Shown: positions 6,892-7,002 of the stretch, piece after piece
How positions within the stretch are numbered: the stretch's first letter is position 1
How the letters are laid out: each line of letters starts with the position of its first letter
NCBI RefSeq assembly: GCF_006345805.1
Contig: NW_021829021.1
Coordinates: 1 to 7,002 of the forward strand
Direction of reading: 5' to 3'
DNA from: Octopus sinensis
Taxonomy: Eukaryota
Length of the DNA: 7,002 bases
Program-made: the position numbers and the translations under genes
The notes under the pieces: model-generated
What the model saw: the letters and a program-made list of their open reading frames with translations, nothing else
Told to the model about the DNA's origin: nothing
The model's database searches: none

Positions 6892-6943
6892 AATAATAAT
6901 AATAATAATAATATAATAATAATATAATAATAATAATAATAAT
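6892..6943. repeat. Imperfect (AAT)n microsatellite
   Basis: Direct inspection; two single-base interruptions. Confidence 0.95.
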
Positions 6944-7002
6944 GTTAATAATGAAATAATAAAATTTTATATAATATATATATGCGATCACAATTATCTC
7001 TG

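Noticed and set aside
1-7002. CRISPR array or prokaryotic system
   Set aside because: No repeat-spacer periodicity and no gene-dense organisation; all tandem repeats are 2-9 bp units.

Overview
Non-coding, AT-rich animal DNA made almost entirely of retroelement remnants and microsatellites. No intact gene is supported. The SINE families and the dense (TA)n/(CA)n/(TAA)n tracts look like octopus (coleoid cephalopod) DNA; this is inferred from recognition, not from a search. Contents: three tRNA-derived SINE families (five copies or fragments, two of them forming a tail-to-tail inverted pair only ~24 bp apart); a decayed 3' fragment of a CR1/L2-type LINE (- strand) whose 3' end matches the tail of one SINE family; a decayed 3' fragment of an R4/Dong-type LINE with a restriction-like endonuclease (+ strand); two probable Penelope-like remnants carrying hammerhead-ribozyme-like motifs; and a ~480 bp unclassified element embedded in (TAA)n. 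All supplied ORFs are either microsatellite or antisense artefacts, or broken pieces of the R4/Dong ORF. All alignments and folds were done by eye.
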